Shown here in pieces: positions 8,906 to 18,848 of a stretch of 64,000 bases of DNA (the stretch's first letter is position 1; every line of letters starts with the position of its first letter). The stretch spans positions 32,001-96,000 of IMG/VR virus record IMGVR_UViG_3300025435_000010, one strand, 5' to 3'. Under the pieces are notes generated by a model. It ran no database searches. It had not been told where the DNA came from and saw only the letters and a program-made list of their open reading frames with translations. The stretch comes from a virus. Made by a program: the position numbers and the translations under genes.

Positions 8906-10528
8906 TCAATGAATACGCTCGATAAAATATTTTGGTAACTTAGACTTGGCTCTTTTAACAGTATTAATAAAATTACCATCAAGTATATATGTACTCGAGT
9001 AATCATCTTTATTACGTGTAGCACGGCCTGAGGCTTGAACCACGGCATTAAGCATTTTGTTTTCGTACCAGTCCTTATCTAATTCAAATAACTTTTTAAT
9101 ACGCTTTGACGAGAGAGGTAAGAAAGGTGATTTAACAATAATTTGAAATCTAGCTAGATTATCTTTAAGATCGATACCATACACCAGGGAAGGTGAAACG
9201 AGAATAGTGGGGTCATTATTCTCAGTATGTATCTTCAATATATCTTCATTAGTATTATTTGTATCTCTGCAGAGTAAACGGTCATTCTTTATTCTTTCCT
9301 TAATGAAGGATGTTATATCGTTAGAGTGTGTATGTATAATGCCTTTGTCAGCTTTATGATGCTCAATAATAGTTTTAATTTGATCGCAAATACCAGGTAA
9401 TGCATTAGCTAGAGTTTTGTAATTAAGTTTATATTTTGAAGAAATATAAATTGGTGACTTTGCTGGTTCAAATGTACTATCTACTTCAATATACTCATAG
9501 TCAGTAATACCGAGAGATTTTGCAAAATGCTTGTGATCAATAATAGTCGCAGACATTAATACAACTCTTTCTCCGTGATTGAAAATATATTTTGATAGAG
9601 AGTAAGCTCTAAGCGGGGTAAGAATAACACGCTTTGAATCAATATCGATTACAAATTCACAATCCTGCCAGTGAGAATTTATAATCGTAAGGGACCGGTG
9701 TATGTTCTTAAGAAATTGATACTTTATTTTTTCGGTCTGCGTTATTAACTTTTTATTTGACCTATTCAAGAAAATATTAAGCTCGTCAGATATTTTTTCA
9801 ATTAAATTACTAGTCCAAATATGAGCACGGTCTCTGTTATCAGTTACCAGTACTTCATAGGGTATGTTATAATTGCTTAGCTTTTCATAACTAATTTCTG
9901 CAGAAAATTGACGAATGAGCTCATCTTCAAGTTCTGACGCTTCATCGCATATCAAAAAATTCTTTTGCTTAATATGAGATGGTAGTGATAAGAACATTTT
10001 ATAATTAAGAACGGCAAACTGCGATAACATCGCTTCATTACGTGCATTATAATAAGGACATCTATTTTCCACCCAACAACTATCACGCAACGTAGGTGCA
10101 AACGTGCAGGGAGCTAACTCCGCATCGTAGTTCTTATCAATATCGCAGATGTAATTTGTCTTTCCCTTTAGTGCATCTGTACCCTTAAACAGTTCTTGAT
10201 ATTGATCTTGTAATGATTTGGTTATAGTTAAAGCAAATGTACCAAAAGCGGGTTCATCTTTACATTCTTTTTCATAAGAATAATTCCCGTCAAAGTCGAC
10301 CCTATATGCATCGTAATTGCGAATTAATTGCTTAAACGTTTCACTAGGTAAATCGCTTGTATTAGCAAGAGTCTTAGCTAAAAAGCTCTTGCCCGAGCCT
10401 GTAGGGGCACAGCAAATAACAAACTTCTTACCCCCGCTAAAAGCTTTCTCTATCTTATTAATTAAATTTACCTGAAGCTTACTCGGGGTAAAATCACTAG
10501 GAAACTGCGATATATAACTAGTCGTCAC
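8906..10528 (-). CDS. DinG/XPD-family SF2 helicase with Fe-S cluster
   Basis: APTGSGKS, KGKTNYIC..C..C..CPYY, DEAS, MSATI, GIDL, QASGRATR. Confidence 0.88.
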   Translation of the reverse strand: MTTSYISQFPSDFTPSKLQVNLINKIEKAFSGGKKFVICCAPTGSGKSFLAKTLANTSDLPSETFKQLIRNYDAYRVDFDGNYSYEKECKDEPAFGTFALTITKSLQDQYQELFKGTDALKGKTNYICDIDKNYDAELAPCTFAPTLRDSCWVENRCPYYNARNEAMLSQFAVLNYKMFLSLPSHIKQKNFLICDEASELEDELIRQFSAEISYEKLSNYNIPYEVLVTDNRDRAHIWTSNLIEKISDELNIFLNRSNKKLITQTEKIKYQFLKNIHRSLTIINSHWQDCEFVIDIDSKRVILTPLRAYSLSKYIFNHGERVVLMSATIIDHKHFAKSLGITDYEYIEVDSTFEPAKSPIYISSKYKLNYKTLANALPGICDQIKTIIEHHKADKGIIHTHSNDITSFIKERIKNDRLLCRDTNNTNEDILKIHTENNDPTILVSPSLVYGIDLKDNLARFQIIVKSPFLPLSSKRIKKLFELDKDWYENKMLNAVVQASGRATRNKDDYSSTYILDGNFINTVKRAKSKLPKYFIERIH

Positions 10529-10534
10529 GACTTG

Positions 10535-10562
10535 ATTATACTATATCAATTAAAATTAGCAA
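10535..10562 (-). promoter_or_regulatory. sigma70-like promoter, likely leaderless (DinG-like gene)
   Basis: TTGCTA-16-TATAAT-6 nt-GTG. Confidence 0.65.
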
Positions 10563-10893
10563 TTACCTTTTTATTAAAAAATTTAGATGTCTTGAGTAAT
10601 TTAATTTTGTTTGTCTGCTCTCTTATTGCGCTATTAGATAAGCAGAATGCATCTAAAGTATAATCAAATTCAATGCTAGTATCTGTACTTGAGATAGCAA
10701 AAGGATACGGGAGTTCATATAAAACTTTTTTATTTTCTTTCTCTAAGCCAAGAAGAGTGAAAATACAAAAGAAATCTTTAATACAAAAAAGTTGCAATTT
10801 CCCTTGCTTTACTGTCTTATTATCAACAGTAAACGAAGCCTTTAGTAAGAGAAAGGGCTTTATAATTTGTTCGATTTCTTCTATAGATGTCAT
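10546..10893 (-). CDS. Hypothetical protein
   Basis: 115-aa ORF overlapping the stop of the upstream gene. Confidence 0.6.
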   Translation of the reverse strand: MTSIEEIEQIIKPFLLLKASFTVDNKTVKQGKLQLFCIKDFFCIFTLLGLEKENKKVLYELPYPFAISSTDTSIEFDYTLDAFCLSNSAIREQTNKIKLLKTSKFFNKKVIANFN

Positions 10894-11267
10894 GAGTTCA
10901 TAAAGCTTACTTTTTGTGGAGCTGAAAGTCCAGCAAGCTTTTCATTAAAAAAATTCCAAAATGTCTTATTTGCAGGTATAACCTGTATAAGATCGCAAGC
11001 TATCATATTAATACATCGATAGTCTTGCATAAAAATGTCCCAAGTGATAATGAGATCTTTCATATTAGGGTCAAACTTAGGTATATTAATGGCACGTTTA
11101 TAGTTTAACGCTAATCTACCCTCAGGGCTATTAAGCAAAGTTAAAGAATTCGTACAAAGCATTCGTCTTGTTAATCCAGCGCCCGGTTTCAGACGGCGGC
11201 GATTAAACTTTATTTCGACGACGTTGTTTAGCAGCAGACTTTTTAAGGTGGGCAGCGACGCTTTCAT
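10890..11267 (-). CDS. SH3/WYL-like small protein (DUF2693-like)
   Basis: LLNNVVEIKF..RRMLCT..IITWDIFMQDYRCI resembles this T4-like family; start moved to MKASL. Confidence 0.6.
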   Translation of the reverse strand: MKASLPTLKSLLLNNVVEIKFNRRRLKPGAGLTRRMLCTNSLTLLNSPEGRLALNYKRAINIPKFDPNMKDLIITWDIFMQDYRCINMIACDLIQVIPANKTFWNFFNEKLAGLSAPQKVSFMNS

Positions 11268-11676
11268 TATCATCTCCTCGTAGTGAACAGATACCAAAGA
11301 TACGTTGCTCGTTTAAGAAAATACCTTTCTTAAGAGTGCCGTAACCCTCAATATCGATATTAGCAACCGGGACACCTAGATTGTTAGGAAAACAGACATA
11401 TTCACCTTTCTTTGCATATCTAACATTAGGCCCTGCGAGGATTACCTCGCCAATTCTCCACGCTTTTGTATCAGTATTAACGGGAACATGTAGACCATTT
11501 CTAATAATACTAGATCCGTCTTCTGTTTCGTCAACAAAAGTACAGAGTAAAATATCATCAAGAACTGTCTTGAGGTTATACCCGTAAAACACAGAATTAA
11601 AAGAGTTTTTTGGGAGTGAAGAAAAGTCAATTAAACTCTTCGGGAGAGGTCCAAGCATGTCGATATCGGCTACCAT
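11203..11676 (-). CDS. groES: GroES-like co-chaperonin (gp31 analogue)
   Basis: LKTVLDDILL..NGLHVP..IGEVILAGPNV..KKGEYV..FLNEQRIFG. Confidence 0.8.
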   Translation of the reverse strand: MVADIDMLGPLPKSLIDFSSLPKNSFNSVFYGYNLKTVLDDILLCTFVDETEDGSSIIRNGLHVPVNTDTKAWRIGEVILAGPNVRYAKKGEYVCFPNNLGVPVANIDIEGYGTLKKGIFLNEQRIFGICSLRGDDNESVAAHLKKSAAKQRRRNKV

Positions 11677-11682
11677 ATACGT

Positions 11683-12054
11683 TTAATTAGATAGGTTTTC
11701 TGAAAATGCAATGTATTGATTTATTTCTCTCTTTGAAAGCTCAAGATTATTAGCAAGCATTTCAATGTCATTATTTTCTTCTTTTTTTTCTTCTTTAACT
11801 TTCTTTATATAAGATATTCGCTTTGAGGTGACTCTTGGCATTACCGCGACAAATAAGCTATACAGATCTTTTTTGTCGTTAAAAACGCCAATGTATTTGT
11901 TTAGTATATTGCTAAATGTAGCAATAGATGGCGAGTACATGCTACACCATCTATTGAGCATATAGGGCGAAAAGTTGCTCTCTTCGTCTACAGAGTTAAA
12001 ACAAGTTTTCTTTTTAGAAAAGAGTGTACTCGATATAAAATCAAATATCGTCAT
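11683..12054 (-). CDS. gp62: Clamp loader small subunit (T4 gp62-like)
   Basis: FSPYMLNRWCS..YIKK..LANNLELSKREINQY. Confidence 0.8.
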   Translation of the reverse strand: MTIFDFISSTLFSKKKTCFNSVDEESNFSPYMLNRWCSMYSPSIATFSNILNKYIGVFNDKKDLYSLFVAVMPRVTSKRISYIKKVKEEKKEENNDIEMLANNLELSKREINQYIAFSENLSN

Positions 12055-12638
12055 TAACTAATGACTTTTGTAGTTGCAAGAAAGATATCTTCTACCATTG
12101 CATAGAAGATTTCGATAATATCTCTCATAAACTGCTCAGCTTCTGTATCACCTAACTTAGTCGAAAAAGCAAATGCTGGGGCTTTCTTACCAGCTTCTAT
12201 ATTAATACCGGTATGACCGAGTGCTACATTATTCTTCGAATAGGTAATACTAACACTACACTTACCCTTCATCTGTGTAACGCCGCCTTGGTTATGCTCC
12301 TTATGAACCATGAGGTCGTCTCCGTCAACTTCAATAGGTGCTCTAAGATACTTGCTACTAAGGATATTAGCAATCTGCGTATTAAGAAGACGTTGAAACG
12401 CTACAGCGCCAAAAGGGTCTAAGTTAGGGATCTCCCAACAGAAGTTAATTGCATCGTCACTGTAGATATAATCAGCATTAAGGATATCTTCATTGTCAAT
12501 CATACCTTCAGCCTCCACTTTCATAGGAGCTCTAAAAGCTACAATGTTACCAATGGGCAATGTATTCTTACGAAAATATTTGTAAGCAAAGCGATTGTGA
12601 ATGAGATCTCCGTCGTATAATGGTACGTTAATAATCAT
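12054..12638 (-). CDS. DUF366-family protein (BPL/LplA-like fold)
   Basis: YDGDLI..FAY..IVAFRAPMKV..MIDNED..IYSDDAINF..AFQRLL..DGDDL..KCSVSI..HTGIN. Confidence 0.75.
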   Translation of the reverse strand: MIINVPLYDGDLIHNRFAYKYFRKNTLPIGNIVAFRAPMKVEAEGMIDNEDILNADYIYSDDAINFCWEIPNLDPFGAVAFQRLLNTQIANILSSKYLRAPIEVDGDDLMVHKEHNQGGVTQMKGKCSVSITYSKNNVALGHTGINIEAGKKAPAFAFSTKLGDTEAEQFMRDIIEIFYAMVEDIFLATTKVIS

Positions 12639-12670
12639 ATGCTATAATAATAACTGGTTAACTTGATTAA

Positions 12671-14272
12671 TCAAGAGGTATATGGATGCCACTCACACTT
12701 TTTAAAGAAATCACGCCAGTAGTTATACACACGGTAATCGTTAGGTGTTCCCCAGCAGATATAATTCTTTACTTCAAATACTTTTACATTGAGACCTGCT
12801 TCTATATTCTGGTTAATAACATCATCAACGTAAAATTCTTCGTTCGTACGAATATCTTTACTATAGCAACCTTGCAAGCCACTTATAAAATATTCTGCTT
12901 TTCTATAAAACATTGTACCGATAATAGCGTGCGTTTTAAGAGGATCGTCAAAGACAAACTTTTTACAATATACATGTTTTATATTATTATCATCATCAAC
13001 GTCTAACCAAGAATACATATTAGGATTAACTTTACTCGTTTGATTATTTCTAAACGACCAAACAATAACATCAACACTCTGATCGTCTAATAATTTCTTA
13101 TATTCTTCGGTATCATAAAATACACCGTTATCGCAAGCAGAAATTAATATAGGCTTATCTAAGTCTATATTTCCGTCACGTACTCCGATTTCGCAGGTAC
13201 AGGCTTGACCAGAGGTAACACCTGTTAAACAAACGATACTTGTACCACTAAAATACTTCGGTAGTATTGAGTCCAGCTTAAATTGCTGTACATGATCATC
13301 CTGAGCGACGAATATATTGTGCCTAGATTGCGGTAAGCACTTCACTGCCTGTACTATCATAGGCAAACCGTCTACATCTAAAAGAGGTTTTGGAGTTGTA
13401 TAACCTTCATCAGCAAAACGGCTACCTCGACCTGCCATAGGCAGTATAAGCGTTACGTCGTTATCATGCTCAAGTATAGGTTGTTTAACGGATATATTTT
13501 TAAAATAATTTGACCAGCCTTTATAAATCTCTAAATCGTACGGTGTACCCCATTGTAGCATTTTCTCAATTTCAAATATACCAACCTTTAAACCATCTTC
13601 TACAAGTAGGTTATATACAAGGCTGACATAATACTCACCTTTCAAGTTAATATCACGATCTATAAGCTCTTGAAAATATTTCTTTAGAATAGCGCCGTTC
13701 TTAAAATAATATGTACCGTTCGATGCATACTCGTTCATCTTGTTATCGGTAAATGATTCTTTTTCCTTTATCTGAAGAAGTGTTTTATTCTCTTCTTTGC
13801 AGAAAGCGTAATTGTCACCGCCAAGCATATGGGGATGAAATCCGGTGTAACACGGTATCATGCCGTCGTATATACCATTAGCTGTCTGTTTTAAGAATTG
13901 GTTAAAATTCCAAACTGTACTGTAATCACAATAGCTTACAATAATCTCTGCGTCGTCGTTTATATGGTCTTTTATTTGATATATAGCATCAACAGGACCT
14001 TTTCTATTTTCATTCGAAACACTTATAATTTTACCGGTAGGAGCAATATTTGTAAGAATATTACGCATATCCGTTTCAGCTAAATGTCTTTCATTACAGA
14101 TAAACGTAATATCCTTAATGCCGGAAAACATATTTACCACATGTTCGATAATTGGTTTTCCATCAACGTTTATTAGAGGCTTCGGATCCGTGTAACCGGC
14201 TTCAATAAATCTTCGACCAATACCTGACATCGGTATTATTAATTGTATGTTTCTACCCTGCATATTATACAT
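12671..14272 (-). CDS. Tandem two-domain sugar-phosphate nucleotidyltransferase
   Basis: Two NTP-transferase starts (IIPMSGIGRRF..PKPLI and ILPMAGRGSRF..PKPLL), each domain ending in WGTP. Confidence 0.85.
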   Translation of the reverse strand: MYNMQGRNIQLIIPMSGIGRRFIEAGYTDPKPLINVDGKPIIEHVVNMFSGIKDITFICNERHLAETDMRNILTNIAPTGKIISVSNENRKGPVDAIYQIKDHINDDAEIIVSYCDYSTVWNFNQFLKQTANGIYDGMIPCYTGFHPHMLGGDNYAFCKEENKTLLQIKEKESFTDNKMNEYASNGTYYFKNGAILKKYFQELIDRDINLKGEYYVSLVYNLLVEDGLKVGIFEIEKMLQWGTPYDLEIYKGWSNYFKNISVKQPILEHDNDVTLILPMAGRGSRFADEGYTTPKPLLDVDGLPMIVQAVKCLPQSRHNIFVAQDDHVQQFKLDSILPKYFSGTSIVCLTGVTSGQACTCEIGVRDGNIDLDKPILISACDNGVFYDTEEYKKLLDDQSVDVIVWSFRNNQTSKVNPNMYSWLDVDDDNNIKHVYCKKFVFDDPLKTHAIIGTMFYRKAEYFISGLQGCYSKDIRTNEEFYVDDVINQNIEAGLNVKVFEVKNYICWGTPNDYRVYNYWRDFFKKCEWHPYTS

Positions 14273-14276
14273 CTAC

Positions 14277-14738
14277 TTAAATTTTACACTTATATTTGCA
14301 ATATGTGACATAGTCAGTGCAAATACCATGAACAATATCGCCAGGATATGTATCAATATCTTCTTTTGATAAAAGCGGTATTATACAGCTTTCAGTCAAC
14401 GGTAATGTTAAATCATGTACCCAAAGATGTCGAGTACTAGTAAGTACGTATGTATCTATTGAATGGCAGAAATATTTTGCTGCTGTAAATTCTTTTAATT
14501 TGTAAGCCGCAGCAACATCCTTACAGTGGAGCCAGAGATACTTTAACCGTGGTTCTAACCACTCACGATTAATTTTATAGTCGGGTGTATCGTGACCTAA
14601 CCAGAACTGATTATTGATATAGCGTATATCGATTTCAACTTCATATCCTAGCTGTATTGCGCAATCAATATACGACGGTCTGTTTTCCTTATCAGGTATA
14701 GGTCCGATAATATTACCTCTATGTGATATTAATTTCAT
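14277..14738 (-). CDS. GDPD/PLC-like phosphodiesterase
   Basis: ISHRGN..EN..GYEVEIDI..LGHD..WLHCK..GICTDY. Confidence 0.75.
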   Translation of the reverse strand: MKLISHRGNIIGPIPDKENRPSYIDCAIQLGYEVEIDIRYINNQFWLGHDTPDYKINREWLEPRLKYLWLHCKDVAAAYKLKEFTAAKYFCHSIDTYVLTSTRHLWVHDLTLPLTESCIIPLLSKEDIDTYPGDIVHGICTDYVTYCKYKCKI

Positions 14739-15028
14739 AGTTCTTCAATTCGTAATGTTTTATCATCAATAAAACGGTCATAGTAAGGTTTATCAACACG
14801 AAGTTCGTGATACTTTACGCCCCATTCATCTAATTGATTTTTTGTTAAATCATACCAGTTGATCTGTTTTCTACTACCTCGTGACGTCCAATAAACGATC
14901 GTATTACCTGCTGCATATAGTTTGTTTATTTTTTCTATATTTTCCTTTATAGGAATTGCGTCATGGTAATTTCGAGAAGCTGGCGAAGTGCATATCGTTT
15001 CATCAATATCTACGTAATATATTTTCAT
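14735..15028 (-). CDS. HAD-family capsule-biosynthesis-type phosphatase
   Basis: Start at MKIYYVDIDETI (DxD); YWTSRG; KP..FIDDK. Confidence 0.8.
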   Translation of the reverse strand: MKIYYVDIDETICTSPASRNYHDAIPIKENIEKINKLYAAGNTIVYWTSRGSRKQINWYDLTKNQLDEWGVKYHELRVDKPYYDRFIDDKTLRIEEL

Positions 15029-15042
15029 ACTTAACGTATAAA

Positions 15043-15771
15043 TTAAAAGTCTGTCTTGTAGAGATAGGCGGTAGGCGCAATCCAATCAGTACTCTTGAGT
15101 TCAAATTTTATATTCTTCTCTCTCAAGAATCTCTCGACACCGCAGCTTTCTGTAAACTTACCATACTCAAATTCATCAAAAATAACGACACCACCAGGTA
15201 ATATTCTATCCCAGAGATGTTTGAGTGCAAAATAGGTCGGTCTTTCTAAATCAACATCTATGTACAGCATAGAAATTCTAAAGCCAGGATTTTCCTCTAC
15301 ATAGCCTGGTATTGTCTGCTCCACATCACCCTGTACAAGCTCGTACCGATCTTTGCAAATACCAGCTCCATCGAGCCTCTTTATTACAGACTCGTACGTT
15401 AATTCATCGCTATTAACCCTATTATAAACGATGTTCATACACTCTTTATCGAGTTCACTGTCTTTATTAAGAATCTTGTTTGCATGAGCAGTGTCAAATA
15501 TATCAAACCCGATAATTTTCTTATTAGAATTAGGACAGAATACGTTAACAAATTTTGCAAATGTTGCGATGCCAGAGCCTTTGAAAACACCGATTTCAAC
15601 AATATCGCCAGGGAGATGTCTGGTATTAAGAAAGTGATTAAAGCGATGAAGCAGCTTACCTGTAAGTTTTATATCTTTCGAAAAGATAAAATCATTAAAT
15701 GCTGCGTAATGTTCATCTTTTGGATTGTTTATGGTGTTCTTATTTGTTATATCGTGTATATTGTAATTCAT
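15043..15771 (-). CDS. TylF/MycF-like sugar O-methyltransferase
   Basis: LPGDIVEIGVFKG..GFDIF..LVQGD..LYIDVDL..GGVVIFDE. Confidence 0.85.
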   Translation of the reverse strand: MNYNIHDITNKNTINNPKDEHYAAFNDFIFSKDIKLTGKLLHRFNHFLNTRHLPGDIVEIGVFKGSGIATFAKFVNVFCPNSNKKIIGFDIFDTAHANKILNKDSELDKECMNIVYNRVNSDELTYESVIKRLDGAGICKDRYELVQGDVEQTIPGYVEENPGFRISMLYIDVDLERPTYFALKHLWDRILPGGVVIFDEFEYGKFTESCGVERFLREKNIKFELKSTDWIAPTAYLYKTDF

Positions 15772-15788
15772 AAAACCGTTAAAATACT

Positions 15789-15817
15789 ATTATAAACTAC
15801 ACCATAACAGTAGTCAA
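15789..15817 (-). promoter_or_regulatory. sigma70-like promoter within the glycan island
   Basis: TTGACT-17-TATAAT, 17 nt before ATG of the TylF-like gene. Confidence 0.7.
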
Positions 15818-15826
15818 GTCTACTTC

Positions 15827-16597
15827 TTAACGTTGTGTATTAAACTCTCTGGATGTATTCTTTAAAAAATTTTCGCAGATATACTGATATTCATCTCTCA
15901 GTTCGTTAGTAAAATTAGTTTCTTGTACGGGGAGATACTTTCCACCATGTGTGAGATGTAGGAATTGAAAGAACTTATGACAGCAGTAATATCCGCAGAC
16001 AAGCTGCTCAGTACCGTGTATCTTGTACATCGATAATTTACTACAGGTGTTTTGTATTGAAGATGTTTCTATCGAACGATATGTTTCACCACTATGAAGC
16101 CCCATAACGTTAAGTAACGTACTCACTTTCCATATAGATGGATTAACGTTGTAGATGTAGGTGCTTGGATCCTCGGCCTTATAGAGAGATGCGGTGCAAT
16201 CATCTGTTATACGGATATTATTTTCGTTATCTGATGTATAGTTAAGATTACTCTGTAAATCTATTCGATCAATAGAATTATTAACGGCTATAGAATGAAG
16301 ACAGTCCATAATGATAGCATCTTGTGACACTAAAATATCCATATCATGGAGAAGCAGCATGTAGTCGTCTTTTAATTCACTGAGTGCTAACAACCTACTT
16401 GCATACGGTAAACTGTCATCATAAAAAATTATTTGCGTGTAATTCGTGGATAAATTGTTTAAAATTTCACTCTCTATATTTTTATTAATAAGGAGAATTT
16501 TCCTCTCATATTCAGCTATGTAGCTAGTTTGTACGTTGAGAATATCAATGTATTCGGAATGAGAATACACAACAATAGGTAATATACTTTTATTCAT
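15827..16597 (-). CDS. Putative GT-A glycosyltransferase
   Basis: VVYSHSEY..YMLLLHDMD..NVNPSIW; glycan island context. Confidence 0.5.
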   Translation of the reverse strand: MNKSILPIVVYSHSEYIDILNVQTSYIAEYERKILLINKNIESEILNNLSTNYTQIIFYDDSLPYASRLLALSELKDDYMLLLHDMDILVSQDAIIMDCLHSIAVNNSIDRIDLQSNLNYTSDNENNIRITDDCTASLYKAEDPSTYIYNVNPSIWKVSTLLNVMGLHSGETYRSIETSSIQNTCSKLSMYKIHGTEQLVCGYYCCHKFFQFLHLTHGGKYLPVQETNFTNELRDEYQYICENFLKNTSREFNTQR

Positions 16598-18024
16598 TTT
16601 TTATAGAGCGATAATATGAAGAACATAATATAGTCGTAATAATTGTTATGACATATATTATATTTTTCAAGCAATTTTGTTCGCTGGTATTGTTTAAATG
16701 TAATACTATTAAATGTCGGCTCACACTCGTAATTTACTTCATAAGATATATTATGACGTGTAAATTCATTAAGCATTTCCGCTATGTTGTATTTTTTATT
16801 AATTAAAATAGATAACTGTAAATCGTCGTTTCCTTCGATAGATGAAAAACTAATTACTATATCTGATAATTCACGTTGAGGGTATATGTATTTTTCGTAA
16901 TCTTTTTTTCGCCCATCTATTTGCTTTTGTATTTGCTCTGGTGTATAGTTTCTCGACGCTGTATCTCTAGCTATCTTCCATCTTGTTTTTAATTCTATAT
17001 CAGTATCAATAAAGATCTTTAAATTGTATAATTCGTTGTTGTGATGATAAAGACTATGTAACCCGCAAACAATAACATTATCAGAATTATTAATTTGCTC
17101 GGTTTCAGTAAATTTACCATTCTTGTGATCATAGTTAACGTGATACACCTTCTTACCAACTTTAAGATCGAAGATGTCTTTGTTCATCTTCGCAATATAA
17201 TTCGCATCCGGGTTTAAATGAGTGTATTTTTTCCAATTTTCGTCACCACGTTCCCATTTATGATACCTATCACATTCAAGTGTAAAGGAATTAGAAAAAT
17301 ACTGTTTTAATATATTACTGAGAGTTGTTTTACCTGATCCAGAGTCACCACAAATAGCGAATACGTTGCATGAAGATAATATTACGTTGTATTCGATATT
17401 AAGTGATTTGTATTTTATTTTATTATCGTTTAAATGATGAAATAGTAATGTTTCTGATACATGGCCGTGTTGTGAAATGAGATCTTCAATCTTTGTAAAT
17501 ATATCAAAATACGAATCCATTACAGCTGATTGACCGTAAGCAAAAATATCGCATAAAACAGGATCGTTGGGATTTTCTAATCTCGATGTATCGATAACGC
17601 TTTCTTCTGGAATGTAAATTATATCTTCCTCAATTTTTGCGCTAAAGATGTCATTAGTTATGATGTTAAGATCAGGTCGATATTTTATAACGAGATCGTA
17701 TTTTTTATTATTAATATCTTCGTTTATTTTTTTTATTTTATTAAGCTTATAATATTTTTGCCAAGTATTGATGATATCATCTCTTACATCACCATATTTT
17801 ATAATATTGCTTTCCTTTAAAGTTGCAATAGGGGAGAGTATTTTTTCAATATTATCAATTGCATTGTCATATGAATTTAGATATCTATCATCTTGGTATT
17901 CATTTTCTGTTATATGCAAATATACATCTACATTTTCAAACGCATCAAGTATCTTCTCTTTAATGAGAGGTATATTGTCGCCGAAAGATCTAAAATAACC
18001 TGATATGAGAAGAGCGACGTTCAT
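16594..18024 (-). CDS. Fusion of a glycosyltransferase-like N-terminal domain and a phosphoribulokinase/uridine kinase-like domain
   Basis: N-term VALLISGYFR..YDLVIKYRPD..CDIFAYG; C-term ICGDSGSGKTT..ECDRYHKWER..VCGLH..WKIARD..YIYPQ. Confidence 0.75.
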   Translation of the reverse strand: MNVALLISGYFRSFGDNIPLIKEKILDAFENVDVYLHITENEYQDDRYLNSYDNAIDNIEKILSPIATLKESNIIKYGDVRDDIINTWQKYYKLNKIKKINEDINNKKYDLVIKYRPDLNIITNDIFSAKIEEDIIYIPEESVIDTSRLENPNDPVLCDIFAYGQSAVMDSYFDIFTKIEDLISQHGHVSETLLFHHLNDNKIKYKSLNIEYNVILSSCNVFAICGDSGSGKTTLSNILKQYFSNSFTLECDRYHKWERGDENWKKYTHLNPDANYIAKMNKDIFDLKVGKKVYHVNYDHKNGKFTETEQINNSDNVIVCGLHSLYHHNNELYNLKIFIDTDIELKTRWKIARDTASRNYTPEQIQKQIDGRKKDYEKYIYPQRELSDIVISFSSIEGNDDLQLSILINKKYNIAEMLNEFTRHNISYEVNYECEPTFNSITFKQYQRTKLLEKYNICHNNYYDYIMFFILSLYKK

Positions 18025-18848
18025 ACGTTAGACTTCAAATGCTCTTCAACCATATGTAAGAAATGTGTAGGGTCGAAGCTCTTTTTAAAAAAGTTTTTAT
18101 TATTCATAAAATGAAATAAGTGTATATCTACAGTTGTAAGTGAAAGTAAATTGTTACATAGTGCGAAAATTTTTAATCCTCCGCCCTCTCCTATATGAAT
18201 ATTAAAGTTAGATTTTCTCAGTATATTGAGGTTTCTTGTTATTATTTCTTTACTATATAATTTTATAGTATCATCAACAGTCAAGTCAATAATGTTTGTT
18301 AGTCGACTGTTTATAATGTCTTCATATATACAAAAGGTATTATGTATTCTATATTCATGACAGTCAGAATAGTTCTTTTCGCCAATTAGAATGACTCTTG
18401 TGTTGTAGCGATGTAGTAAATCGATTAAATTGTTTTTAATATGTTCATTCCAAGGTGTACGTATATCACCGTCGTTTCCAGATATAACTTTTGTATTAAT
18501 TACAATATAGTTATTGTATAATGCTGCTTCGTCATTAAACGAGTCAACTATATCCATAGAGTGCGGAGCGACTTCAAGTGCTGCAGCGATGACATGTGGT
18601 AAAACGTGTGGTAGATCGTCTCCCGGTATAACTCTTACGTTATTCATACTTGCAATCGAGGTTAACAAGTAGTCTCGAAGCAATTCGTAGTATTCTTCAC
18701 TATATTCGTTTCTCAATTCTTTAATTAACTTATCATTAAACTGAATCTCGAAATCAACGTGCTTGTTATTAGCAAATATGGTAACATACTCCCAGAGCAA
18801 CGAAAGTCCGAAAAGTAATGATATTCTCACTGTTGGTCTTGTTGTCAT
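18021..18848 (-). CDS. Hypothetical protein (GT-B-like C-terminus)
   Basis: YIVINTK..VILIGE..IDLT..IGEGG; translationally coupled within the island. Confidence 0.45.
   Translation of the reverse strand: MTTRPTVRISLLFGLSLLWEYVTIFANNKHVDFEIQFNDKLIKELRNEYSEEYYELLRDYLLTSIASMNNVRVIPGDDLPHVLPHVIAAALEVAPHSMDIVDSFNDEAALYNNYIVINTKVISGNDGDIRTPWNEHIKNNLIDLLHRYNTRVILIGEKNYSDCHEYRIHNTFCIYEDIINSRLTNIIDLTVDDTIKLYSKEIITRNLNILRKSNFNIHIGEGGGLKIFALCNNLLSLTTVDIHLFHFMNNKNFFKKSFDPTHFLHMVEEHLKSNV

Noticed and set aside
16594-18024. Phosphoribulokinase as a Calvin-cycle auxiliary gene
   Set aside because: It is fused to a GT-like domain inside a glycan island, and no other carbon-fixation genes are present.
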